This document shows, in pieces, positions 51,742-64,000 of a stretch of 64,000 nt of DNA. A model generated the notes under the pieces. That model ran no database searches. It was not told where the DNA came from and saw only the letters and a program-made list of their open reading frames with translations. A program made the position numbers and the translations under genes. Each line of letters begins with the position of its first letter. Within the stretch, counting starts at the first letter, position 1. Origin of the DNA: Malacoraja senta (taxonomy: Eukaryota); contig CM075993.1 in NCBI GenBank assembly GCA_038087875.1, forward strand, positions 2,916,001 through 2,980,000, given 5' to 3'.

Positions 51742-52392
51742 TCCCTTTACAGTGCCTGCGACCCAGGTTCGATTCTGACCTTGGGCGTTGTCTGTGCGGA
51801 GTTTGTACATTTCTCCCCGCGACCCGGGTTTTCTCCCGGTGCTCCGTTTTCCTCCAACACTCCGAAGACGTTTGGAGGATAATTGTCTACAATAAAATTG
51901 TAAGATTGTCTGAAGAAGGGTCTCGCCCCAAAACGTCACCCATTCCTTCTCTCCAGAGATGCTGCCTGTCCAACTGAATTACTCCAGCATTTTGTGTCTA
52001 CCTTCGATTAAACCAGCATCTGCAGTACTTTTGATCGCCCTGACGCGGAGGGCCCAAACGCCGCCGGCTACGGGAGTAAGATCGTCCCGTCAACGGAGGG
52101 CTCGAGGCCCCCGACCACTGGAGAACAAAGAAGGGATAGAGATTTGAACTTTTTTTTCACCTTCCATCACAGTGAGGAATGTGGAGGAGTCACTGTGGTG
52201 GATGTTTATGTTAAAATGTATTCTGTGTGTTCTGAAGCTTTTTATTGGTATGACTGACTTGGCAAACTAAATTCCTCGTATGTTGCAAAACATACTTGGC
52301 TAATAAAGTATTATTGTGATTGTATGACCTTCTTTTCTAAGTATGTTTTTGCACTAAGGTCCTGATTTTATCTCAACGCAGTCTTCTTTCTT

Positions 52393-52755
52393 AGAGTCAT
52401 AGAGTGATACAGTGTGGAAACAGGCCCATCAGTCCAACTTGCCCACACTGACCAACATGTCACAATCTACCACTCGTCCCACCTCCCTGCGTTTGGCCCA
52501 TGTCCCTCCAAACCTGTCCCATCCATGTACCTGTCCAAATGTTTCTTAAACTTTGGGATAGTCCCAGCCTCAACTACCTCTTCCGGCAGCTCGTTCAATA
52601 CACCCACCACCCTTTGTGTGAAAAGGTTACCCCTCAGTTTCCTATTAAATCTTTTTCCCCCTTCACCTTAAAGCTATGTCCTCTGGTCCTCGATTCCCCT
52701 ACTCTGGGCAAGAGACTTGGTGCATCTACCCGATCTATTCCTCTCATGATTTTGT
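52393..52755 (-). mobile_element. CR1/HER1-like LINE 3' fragment
   Basis: Reverse complement of the 130-615 type. Confidence 0.8.
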
Positions 52756-55240
52756 ATTTCATGAGTAATTTATGTACGATTTATATGTTGGTGTATGTGT
52801 CTAATTCCATGTGCCTGTGGGGCCCCTGCTGTCCCTGTACAGTTGACTCGAGACACAAGGAACTGCAGAAGCTGGGAATGTTGAGCAATAAGGAAAAGGC
52901 TGGAGGAACCTAGCGAGTCTGGCGACTTCCATGGAGGGAATGAACAGAGGACATTTTGGGTAGATAGACACAAAGTGCTGGAGTAACTCAGCGGGACAGG
53001 CAGCATCTCTGGAGAGAAAGAATCATTCCTTCTATCCAGAGATGCTGCCTGTCCCGCTGAGTTACTCCAGCTTTTTGTGCCTATCTTCGGTGTAAACCAG
53101 CATCTGCAGTTCCTTCCTGGACATTTTGGATAGGCCCCTTCTTCCCTCTATAGCTGTCGCCTGGCCTGCTGAGTTCCTCTTGTTTTTGCTTGACTTGACT
53201 TGACTTGATACCCAATGTCCCAGTAGCCTCTTGTGTAGTGTGGGCTTCCATAACACCCAGCTTAGGTTACACTAACATCCACACACTGCTTAAAACCAAG
53301 TGGATGAAGGGTCGGAGGATGGCATAAAGGTCACGACCCGAAAACTCATGTCAGCCCAGTCTTAAACGACACTTTTCCTCCTGAAGCCTGAGCACTATCT
53401 CTAAAATCCCATTGATCGCAGTCTTGAATGTCCACGGCTAAACATCATGAGGCATAAGCGACAGGAGCAGAATTAGGCCATTCGGCCCATCAAGTCTACT
53501 CTGCCATTCAATCATGGCTGATCTATCTCTCCCTTATAATCCCATTCTCCTGCCTGCTCCCCATAACCTGTGACCCCCGTACTAATCTAGAATTCCCCAT
53601 TAATGAATGAGTAAGTTTATTTGCCAAGTATTCCCATACAAGGAATTTGCCTTGGTGCTCCCGCCCACAAGTGACAACATGATATACAGTGACAGTTAAG
53701 AATGATACATAAAACATTAAACATTAATAAGAAAACATTATTGATTAATTTCCCCTATGTACAACTCTCCGGCCAATACCTATCCACACTAGTCCAGTTT
53801 TTTTACAGCAGCCTTTTAACCAATCATAAATTATCCGGAAGAAAACTTGGCCATTCGGCCCAACGAGTCCACTCCGCCATTCAATCATGGCTGATCTATC
53901 TTTCCCTCTCAACCCCATTCTCCTGCCTTCTCCCCATAACCCCTGACACCCGCACTAATCAAGAATCTATCAATCTCTGTTGTTAAGAAATACCCATTGA
54001 CTTGTCCTCCACCACCTTCTGTGGCAATGAGTTCCACAGATTCACCACCTGTGGATAACACCATTCTACCTCACTTCCAATTTGAAGGCACATGGATAGG
54101 ATAGGTGTAGAGGTGATATGGGCCAAATGCAGGCAGGTGGAACTAGTGTAGATGGGACATGTAGGCCCAAGGGGGCTATTTGCATGCTGTATGACTCTAT
54201 GACTCTCTCGGCAGCGAAAAGACTACGTGTGATAACATTCAAGCTGCCCACAGTGTACGGGTACAGGATAGGAACGTTGTGTAGGATGCGTCTACAACTG
54301 GACGGAACCGGGGATGAGATTGGGTGAGGGGGGAGATGAGGTGGTGTTGGGAGAGCAGCCTACCTGGGCTCCTGCTCTGATCTGGTATCCAGTGACCTCT
54401 GCTGGAAAGCATGTGTAGACAGGAGGAAAATAGCACCAGATGGAGCAGATATAATGTGTGGGAAGACAATAGACAATAGGTGCAGGAGTAGAGGCCATTC
54501 GGCCCTTCAAGCCAGCACCGCCATTCAATGTGATCACGGTTGATCATCCCCAATCAGTACCCCGTTCCTGCCTTCTCCCCATACCCCCTGACTCCGCTAT
54601 CTTTAAGAGCCCTATCTAGTTCTCTCTTGAAAGCATCCAGAGAACCTGCTTCCACCACCCTCTGAGGCAGAGAATTCCACAGACTCACAACTCGCTGTGT
54701 GAAATTCCACAGACTCACAACACACCATATCTGCCCAAACTTGCGGGCTATAAAATCTGCTGATGTGCAGCTGTAGAATGTGATGTTAAATCTTCTCAGC
54801 ATCTGAACAGATATTGCTTTGGCATTGGAAGCAAAGCCACGTCAGATGGGCCCAATGCCAAATGAGTAATACCTAAAGAAATTTTCGGTCATGTTCACAA
54901 TGATATTTATGAATTTCTCTGTATTTATAATTTTGAAATTTTGGAATTTAGGAATCGCAGATGCTGGTTTAAACCAAAGATAGACACGAAAATGCTGGAG
55001 TAACTCAGCGGGACAGGCGGCGTCTCTGGAGAGAAGAATGGGTGAGGTTTCGGGTCGAGACCGTTCGTCAGTCTGGCTGGTGTTGGAGAGGGTCCGGTGG
55101 AGGGTTAATTATTTTTTTTTTAAATATTTATTTTATTAGAAACAATTCTACAAGGAAAAAGTGATCGACATAAAAATTATACAAATTTTCATACAGCTTC
55201 AGTTTTAACATTTTATAAACTAAAAACTTAATCGGAAGGG

Positions 55241-55394
55241 AAAGAAAGAAGAAAAGAAAGAAGAAAAGAAAGAAGAAAAGAAAGAAGAAAAGAAAGAAGA
55301 AAAGAAAGAAGAAAAGAAAGAAGAAAAGAAAGAAGAAAAGAAAGAAGAAAAGAAAGAAAGAAAAGAAAGAAGAAAAGAAAGAAGAAAAGAAAGA
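55241..55394. repeat. 12-bp (AAAGAAAGAAGA)n tandem repeat
   Basis: Direct reading. Confidence 0.95.
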
Positions 55395-57076
55395 ATTTCG
55401 AAAAAGACACGAAAGAGTAAAAAGAAAAAAAACCCAGAACTAATGAAGAAGTGAAAGAAGCGGAGATATATCCCACTACCCTTCCCTACACCCGCTCACC
55501 CGACCCTAGCGTCGGTTTTGAGTTTGTGTTCAACCATTATGTTGTTGAAGAAATTCAAAGACCATATTTTGGAAAATTGATCTGGTTTGCCGAACTATTT
55601 TTTCTAGATGTCGTGTCTCAGTCATTTCTGTGACCCACATCTTCACTGTGGGGACTGTTATCTTTTTTCCAGAATTTAATCCAGGGTTAATTGATTGGGA
55701 TCATTGGGTTAACATATGTTTCAGGGCGTGCATAGGTTAGAAGGATGAAGGGGTGTTTTCATCGAAACCTACCGAATAGTGAAAGGCTTGGATAGAGTGG
55801 ATGTGGAGAGGGCGTTTCCAGCAGGGAGAGGTCTAGGACCAGAGGGCACAACCTCAGAATTAAAGGACGTATCTTTAGAATGGAGATGAGGAGGATTTTC
55901 TTTAGCCAGAGGGTGGTGAATCTATAGCATTCATTGCTACAGATGGTGGTGGAGGTCGTGCCTTTGGGTACTTTAAAGGAGAATGGGGTTGAAAGGAAAA
56001 AAATAGATTAGCCATGATTGACAGGAGGAACAGGCTGAATTCTCTGCCTCAGAGGCAGGTTCTCTGGATACTTTCAAGAGAGAGCTAGATAGGGCTCTTA
56101 AAGATAGCGGAGTCAGGGGATATGGGGAGAAGGCAGGAACGGGGTACTGATTGGGGATGATCAGCCATGATCACATTGAATGGTGCTGGCTCGAAGGGCC
56201 GAATGGCCTACTCCTGCACCTATTGTCTATTGTCTGTTGAAGGGTCGAATGGGCTAATTCTGGCCCCATGTCTTAGGATCTCATGGTGGAAGTCAAAGTA
56301 AAGACCAGGCTTGGCAATAATAATCTAAACTGGACTAAAAGGTAAAATGAAGTCATGTCCGCTTCGTGGAGACGATATTGTGGGGATGGACAGGGGGGGG
56401 GGGTCTCATGCAGGAGGAGGAAGAGACTGTGAGGTCGCTGCACCTGGGACCACGGGCGCTTGTCTGTGTACGGAGTTTGTACGATCTTCCCGGTGACCCG
56501 CGTGGGTTTCACCGGGTGCTCCAGGCTTCTTCACCGGTTTGTAGGTTAATTGGGCCTCCGTGAAATGCCCCCAGTGTGGCGCAGGATGGTGTTGGCGTAC
56601 GGGGATGAGGGCTGGTGGTCACGGACTCGCTGGGCCGAAGGGCCTGCCTCCACTCTGCATCTCGAAAGTCTTCAAAGCCGGATGAAGTGAATGTGGGAGA
56701 TTTGGGTGATTCAGGGAAAACGTCACGATGATGCAAAAAGATGTTCGGAGCTGGGACAGCTGGATCGACGATGAATAATTCCCCCCCCCCCCCTCCCATC
56801 CCCATCCACCCACACATGGCTCCTCCTTCGTGATCTAACAGCAGCCCCTTGCCAGCTGCAGGAGGATATTTTGGGCCCTGGAATCGCTAAAATGCACCCC
56901 CTACTGCAGGAGAGTGACATTTCCATTTCACGCACCAGCCATCCCCGAGACCTCACCCAGAGATACTGCCAATTATGTGCCAATTAGTGGCAGATTATAC
57001 ACAGCCGGGCTACATGGAGATGTGCCCATTAGGAAACAGGTCAAGGCTGTCTGAAGTCATTCCCCTTGGTATGCGG

Positions 57077-57346
57077 AGAGAGAGAGAGAGAGAAAGAAAG
57101 AGAGAGAGAGAGAGAAAGATGGGAGAGAGGGAGAGAGAGAGAGAAATAGAGAGAAATAAAGAAATAAAGATTGGGAGAGTGAAAGAAAGAGAGAGAGAGA
57201 GAGAGAGGGGGGGAGAGGGATAGAGGGAGAGTGGAGAGAAAGATGGAGAGAGAAAGAAAGGAGAGAGAGAGAAAGAAAAAAAGAAAGATGAAGGAAGGAG
57301 AAAGAAAGAAAGAAAGAAAGAATGAAAGAAAGAAAGAAGGATGAAG

Positions 57347-57407
<61 letters not shown>

Positions 57408-57445
57408 AGGGAGGGAGGGAGGGAGGGGGAGGAGAGGGAGAAAGA
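57077..57445. repeat. (GA)n/(GAAA)n polypurine tract
   Basis: Direct reading. Confidence 0.9.
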
Positions 57446-57548
57446 ACATAATAGAAGAGAAATAGAGACCGTGAGGTGCATACAGAGGGACAGACAGTAT
57501 GTTAGTGTGCGGACCCGGTGGGCCGAAGGGCCTGTTTCCGTTGCTCTA

Positions 57549-58091
57549 TCTCTAAACTAAACCAATCTTGCTTCTACCACCCCCTTGGCCTGAGACGCCC
57601 GTCTCCACAGATGCTGCCTGAGCTGCTGAATATTCTCGAGCTTTTTGTCCTTTTTTGTTTATCCAGTATCTAGAGCAGCTTGCAATGGCTGGAGCTGCCA
57701 ACAGCATGTTTTGTGGAGGAGGTGGGTGTGTGGACTGTGAACATCTAGTGCTTTCATTTGGAACGGTTTCTTTGCAAAACAATCCAATGCTACAAAAGAC
57801 CCCCCGAGCAAAGAGGGAGATAAGTCCTGTGTAGGAAGGAACTGCAGATGCTGGTTTAAACCAAAGATAGACACACAACATGCTGGAGTAACTCAGCGGG
57901 ACAGGCAGCATCTCTGGAGAGAAGGAATGGGTGATGTTTCGGGTCGAGATCCTTCTTCGGACTGGGGAAGGGTCCCGACCTCAAATGTCACCTATCTTTG
58001 TTCTCCAGAGATGCTGCCTGACCTCCTTACTCCTTCTTAGAAGTGCCTCGACCCATTCCTCTCTCCAGAGACGCTGCCTGTCCCGCTGAGT
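57549..58091 (-). repeat. Inverted copy of 27012-27549
   Basis: The ORF track gives the same peptide pieces on opposite strands (e.g. LLAAPAIASCSRYWINKKGQKAREYSAAQAASVETGVSGQG). Confidence 0.9.
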
Positions 58092-58093
58092 AA

Positions 58094-58327
58094 AGGGCCT
58101 GTCCCATTTTCACGACCTAATTCACCACCTTTTTTACTCGTGGACATTTTTCATCAGGCTAGAAACACGCCCCGACCTACTTGATGCCACGAGTACCTAC
58201 GACTAGCATCACGGCCTTCTACGACCTCCTACGACCTCCCATGACCTCGTGACGACCATGCTGCGAGTATGTCAATGGCAAACTCGGTAGAGGTCGTGAA
58301 TTAGGTCGTGGAAGTGGGACGGGCCCT
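58094..58327. mobile_element. Harbinger-like MITE
   Basis: AGGGCCTGTCCCA / TGGGACGGGCCCT with TAA TSD. Confidence 0.8.
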
Positions 58328-58834
58328 TAACTCAGCGGGTCAGACAGGGATGCCGCCCGTCCTGCTGAGATACTCCAGCTTTTTGGGTGTCCATCTAAGG
58401 AGATATATGTCCTCGTCATTTCTTTGGAGTGTGGGAGGAAACCGGAGCTCTCGGAGAAAACCCACGCAGGTCACGGGGAGAAGGTGCCAACTCCGCACAG
58501 AGGGTACCAATAGTCAGGGTCGAACCCGGGTCTCTGGCGCTGTGAGGCAGTAACTCTACCGCAGCGCCACTCAAAGTACCGCCCAAGGATGGGTGAAAAA
58601 CTTCGGCTGAGCATCTATTTGTAGGCCGGTGTGCGAGTGTGAGTGTAATTGGTGCAGTGGGAAGGGATGACACGATATCCCCCTACAAACCCCATTATGA
58701 ATCAGCCATGATGTTAGACTCAGAGCTCAGAGCAGAATACACACAAAGGCAATAGTGAGTTTATCCAGCCTTACACATGTTGACCCTGTCAGCCTCTGTG
58801 TGTGTGTGTGTGTGTGTGCGTGTGTGTGTGTGTG

Positions 58835-58906
<72 letters not shown>

Positions 58907-59347
58907 GTGTGTGTGTGTGTTTCACATCTCGGACAGGAGGCCTGAATTTTGGACCCCGTATCTGAGGAAGGATGTGCTGGCTCTGGAGAGGGTCCAGAGG
59001 AAGTTTACAAGAACGATCCCAGGAACGAGTGGGTTAACTTATGATGAGACGTTTGCCGGCACCGGGCCTGTACTTGCTGGAGTTTAGAAGATTGAGGGGG
59101 GGTGGGCCTCATTGAAACTTACCAAATAGTGAAAGGCCTGGCTAGAGTGGATGTGGAGAGGATGTTTGCACCAGTGGGAGAGTCTAGGACTATAGGTCAC
59201 AGCCTCGGAATTGAAGGACATTCCTTTCGGAAGGAGATGAGAAGGAATTTCTTCAGCACCGCCATTCAATATAATCATGGCTGATCATCCAGAATCAGTT
59301 CCCCGTTCCTGCTTTCTCCCCATATCCCTTGATTCCGTTATCCCTAA

Positions 59348-59577
59348 AGGGCCCTGGCGATTTTTTTCGGCGACTGCCTGCGTCATATCAGGGTCGCCAA
59401 GAGATTTTGAACATTACAAAATTCAGCGGCGACAAAAGAAATGTCGCGTCACTTGAAAAAACACCGTGCGTCAATACGTCATCACGCCGCGTCACGCCAC
59501 GAATTTTTCGGTGACCTGATACGTCAGTCAATGATGCCGGCAGTCGCCGAAAAAAATCGCTAAGTGGGACAGGCCCT
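59348..59577. mobile_element. Harbinger-like MITE (same subfamily as 4805-5029)
   Basis: Shared interior (cagggtcgccaa...gatacgtcagtcaatgatgcc), right TIR intact, TAA flanks. Confidence 0.75.
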
Positions 59578-61619
59578 TAAGAGCCGCAGTATATCCAACC
59601 TTCTCTTGAAGACATCCAGTGAATTGGCCTCCACTGCCTTCTGTGGCAGAGAACGCACAAACTCCGCGCAGACAGCGCCCGTGGTCACGATCGACCCCGT
59701 GTCCCTGGCGCTCTACTGCTGCGCCACCATGCCGCCCTTGTGATCTTGTATGACTGTACAATTTTTCTCACAGAGAGTGGTGAGTCTGTGGAATTCTGTG
59801 CCTCAGAGGGCGGTGGAGGCAGGTTCTCTGGATGCTTTCAAGAGAGAGCTAGATAGGGCTCTTAAAGATAGCGGAGTCAGGGGATATGGGGAGAAGGCAG
59901 GAACGGGGTACTGATTGGGGATGATCAGCCATGATCACATTGAATGGCGGTGCTGGCTCGAAGGGCCAAATGGCCTACTCCTGCACCTATTGTCTATTGT
60001 CTATTGTCTATTGTCTATTGTACAGCAATATAATCTACCCAGAAGATCCACGCGTTAAAATTAGATTATTTTACTCCACCCTTGATTTGAATTTGTTCTA
60101 ATCAACTAATCAAGGCATAATTGCAGTTCTTTCTACCCGTCAAGGGTGTAAACGTCCCATAATTAACCGAGAGCTGATATCGCAGATATTACTGTGAGGG
60201 GCACACTCACATCTGAAAGGAATAGAGTTTGGCTGAGCCTCGGAGAGTGAAATCCAACAATGGAAACGTGGCCTTAAATCAAGGGCAAACTAAATATTAA
60301 TAAAACAGCATGAAGCCAAGGGAACTGGATTTTTTAAAATGTAATGAATGTGAAATAAAACTGAAGGCAAGCCGAACCAGCAACCCCTGTAACCAGTTCA
60401 TTCACATACAGTCAACTAACCTAATCACAGAAGGTGGGATTTTTTTCAAGTGCATATATGAATTCCATTAAAGCTTTAATATATTATTTATTACTTCGTC
60501 TGTAATGATTTATTAAAAGTCGGTAATTTGGCACAAGTTTGAGATTGGGGTTTTCTTCCCCTGCCTGCGGCGGGCTGCAAGAAACCGCTTCGCGGGGGGA
60601 CTCTTTCCAAAGTGAAGTGCTCACCTCTGTCTAAACGCATGGATGTTCAACAGGAGACGAAGAGGATCTCATTCTCCCCGTTCCAGCTTGAAGCAAAGGG
60701 CTTGAAGCAAGAGTAGAAATAAACGGAGAAAATTGCGCAGATGGACAGGCGAATGAGTGAATAAGGTGGTGAAGTGGGTAGAGCCGCTACCTCACGGCGC
60801 CAGAGACCCCGGGTTCGATCCTGACCTCGGGTGCTGCGCGAGTGGAGCTCGCACGTTCTCCCTGTGACCTGCGTGGGTTTCCTCCGGGAGTTCCGGTTTC
60901 CTCCACATCCTAAAGACGTGCGTGTTTGTAGGTTAATTGGACTCTGAATTGCCCCTAGTGTGTAGGGAGTGGGTGAAAGTTTAGTTTGGTTTAGGGGTAC
61001 ATAGCGGAAACAGGCCCTTCGGCCCACCAAGTCCGTGCCGACCATCGATCCCCACACCTTAACACTACCCTACACACACCAGGGACAAATTTTTAACATT
61101 CATAGCGAGCTAATTAAACCACAAACCTGTACATATTTGGAGAGTGGCAGGAAACCGGAGAACCCGGAGAAAACTCACGGGGAGAACGTACAAACTCCGT
61201 ACAGACGGCACCCGTAGTCAGGATCGAACCCGGGTCTCTGGTACTGTAAAGCAGAAGCTTACCGCTACACCACCCTGCCGTTGAACTAGTGTGAATGCAT
61301 GATCGATGGTCAGCGTGGTCTCGGTCTATTTCCATCTATCGGTATTTTTCAATCAAACGATCAAAACTAAAACAAATTTAACTTGGCTTCTTGTTTCTTC
61401 TCCTAAACAAGATAGCCGGTGGTTTGAAAGAATGCATCAGGGTGAATGCATTAGTGAGCTTCCAACCTACCTCCTTGCGACCCTTGCGCTTTTTTTTGTA
61501 ACTGCACTTTCTCTGCAGCTGTAACACTGTAATTGTAACACTGTAATTCCTTTCTCTTTCTACAGTAGCTGCTGTACTCACATATAGCTGTCCTCGCTGG
61601 AGTTTAGAAGGATGAGAGG

Positions 61620-62210
61620 GTATTTCCGTTGTACAGGGTCTTGGTGAGACCACACCTGGAGTATTGCGTACAGTTTTGGTCTCCAAATCTGAGGAAGGAC
61701 ATTATTGCCATAGAGGGAGTACAGAGAAGGTTCACCAGACTGATTCCTCGGATGGCAGGACTTTCATATGAAGACTGGATAGACTCGGCTTATACTCGCT
61801 AGAATTTAGGAGATTGAGAGGGGATCTTATAGAAACGTACAAAATTCTTATGGGGTTGGACAGGCTAGATGCAGGAAGATTGTTCCCGATGTTAGGGAAG
61901 TCCAGGACAAGGGGTCACAGCTTAAGGATAAGGGGGAAATCCTTTAAGACCAAGATGAGAAAAAATGTTTTCACACAGAGAGTGGTGAATCTCTGGAACT
62001 CTCTGCCACAGAGGGTAGTTGAGGCCAGTTCATTGGCTATATTTAAGAGGGAGTTAGATGTGGCCCTTGTGGCTAAAGGGATCAGGGGGTATGGAGAGAA
62101 GGCAGGTACGGGATACTGAGTTGGATGATCAGCCATGATCATATTGAATGGCGGTGCAGGCTCGAAGGGCCGAATGGCCTACTCCTGCACCTATTTTCTA
62201 TGTTTCTATG
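61620..62210 (+). mobile_element. CR1 LINE 3' fragment (young subfamily) nested in another CR1
   Basis: LVRPHLEYCVQFWSP...RGDLIETYKILMGLDRLDAG; the host CR1 continues at 62213-62590. Confidence 0.9.
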
Positions 62211-64000
62211 TAACCTCACTGAAACTTACCGAATAGTGAAAGGCTTGGATAAAGTGGATGCGGAGAGGATGTTTCCACTAGTGGGAGAGTCTAGGACTAG
62301 AGGTCACAGCCTCAGAATCAAAGGAAGTTCCTTTAGGAAGGAGATGAGGAGAAATTTCTTTAGTCAGAGGGTGGTGAATCTGCGGAATTCTTTGCCACAG
62401 AAGGCTGTGGAGGCCAAGTCAATGGATATATTTAAGGCGGAGATAGACAGATTCTTGATTAGTTACAGGTGTCAGTGGTTATGGGGAGAAGGCAGGAGAA
62501 TGGGGTTGGGAGGGAGAGATAGATCAGCCATGATTGAATGGTGGAGTGGTCTTGATGGGCTGAATGGCCTAATTCTGCTCCTATCACTTCTGACCTTATG
62601 GTTTGATTGACCCCGTGTGTTGGGTGTTTGGTCTGGTTATCACGCAAAAACATTTTCACTGAACCTCAGTGCACGTGACAATTTTAAAAAAGGATATCAA
62701 AAAAATTGCTAGATTTCCAAGAATATTTAAAATTTGGAGAGAAGGAATGGGTGACGTTTCGGGTCGAGACGTCACCCATTCCTTGTCTCCAGGGGTGCTG
62801 CCTGTCCCGCTGAGTGACTCCAGCATTTTGCGTCTGTCTTGAAAAGGTTGGTGTAACTCAGCACCATGTTCAGCATGGCCATTGTGGGCCGAAGGGCCTG
62901 TTCCTCTGCTGTACCGTCCCATGTCCTATGTGTCAGTAAAACAAACTGCTCTTTACCGTATTGCGATCGCTACGAGCATCCTGTGGCTGAAAATTGCCTG
63001 CTGTGTTTCCAGAATTAGATCAATCTCCACTTCAGAACTTGCGAGGTGCCTTGGTCAGGCTTGACACCTTGAAAGGATAGATAGAAAGACAAGTTTCGTT
63101 TTTTAATAAGGTGACAAAACATTCCTGTACATCATTTATTCAGCAAGGAACACGGACGTAGAACATACCCGAGATCTTTTTTTCTTTTATACGATGTGGA
63201 CATCAAGAGACAGGACTGTCAAATGCTCAGGCAGATTAACAATCAAATCCTTCCTTGCTGCAAACGTACGGGCGCAGTAAATGCAACAACGCAACATCCA
63301 CTGGGATTCCCAGCATTTATTATCCATTGAACTGCGTGGAACACTGCTCCTCCATCTTACAGCGGTAGAGTTGCTGCCTCACAGCGCCAGAGACCTGGTT
63401 CGATCCTGACTGCGGGTGCTTGCCTGTACGGAGTTCCCGTGACCTGTGTGGGTTTTCACTGAAGAGGGTTTCGGCCCGAAACGTTGCCTATTTCCTTCGC
63501 TCCATAGATGCTGCTGCACCCGCTGAGTTTCTCCAGCATTTTTGTGTACCTTGGTTTTCACTCATCTGGTTAACGTTGGAGGAAATGGGCTAGGTATTAG
63601 ATGGGCTGAATGGCTTGCCATACTGTATGGTGAAAGAATGGGTCGACTGGGCTTGTATTCACTGGAATTTAGAAGGATGAGAGGGGATCTTATAGAAACA
63701 TATAAAATTCTCAAAGGATTGGACAGGCTAGATACAGGAAAAATGTTCCCGATGTTGGGGGAGTCCAGAACCAGGGGTCACAGTTTAAAAATAAGGGGTC
63801 GGTCATTTAGGACTGAGATGAAGGACTAAAAGCTCTTCACCCAGAGAGTTGTGAATCGGTGGAATTCCTCTGCCACAGAAGGCAGTGGAGGCCAATTCAC
63901 TGGATGTTTTCAAGAGAGAGTTAGATACAGCTCTTAGGCTCATGGCTGATCATCCAGAATCAGTACCCCGTTTCCTGCTTTCTTCCCTATCCCTTGATCC

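Noticed and set aside
62858..62878. REST/NRSE-like site TCAGCACCATGTTCAGCA
   Set aside because: Two mismatches in the GGACAG core, and it overlaps a retroposon tail.

Overview
Repeat-saturated vertebrate genomic DNA, most likely from a cartilaginous fish (skate/ray); this is inferred from HE1-like V-SINEs and HER1/CR1-like LINE tails. The only host gene I can support is the 5' end of a CELF-family RNA-binding gene on the minus strand, best matching CELF6. Coding exon 1 is at ~49102-48861 and coding exon 2 at 44928-44846; I found no exon 3, so 1-44845 is probably intron 2. The conserved 'K-M-A-T' start is 1 nt out of frame with RRM1. The rest is CR1, Rex/Babar and L2 LINE fragments, tRNA-derived SINEs, PIF/Harbinger-like MITEs with TAA/TTA target sites, Penelope (GIY-YIG) fragments and long simple repeats. 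The most striking system is an abundant ~130 bp Penelope-derived module carrying a minimal hammerhead-ribozyme motif. It occurs as solo copies, fold-back palindromes with 12-18 bp target duplications, a 12-unit 47-bp tandem array, and two compound copies whose central loops are flipped relative to each other. A near-identical ~540 bp inverted duplication brackets the gene's 5' end. Repeat boundaries were read by eye and are approximate.
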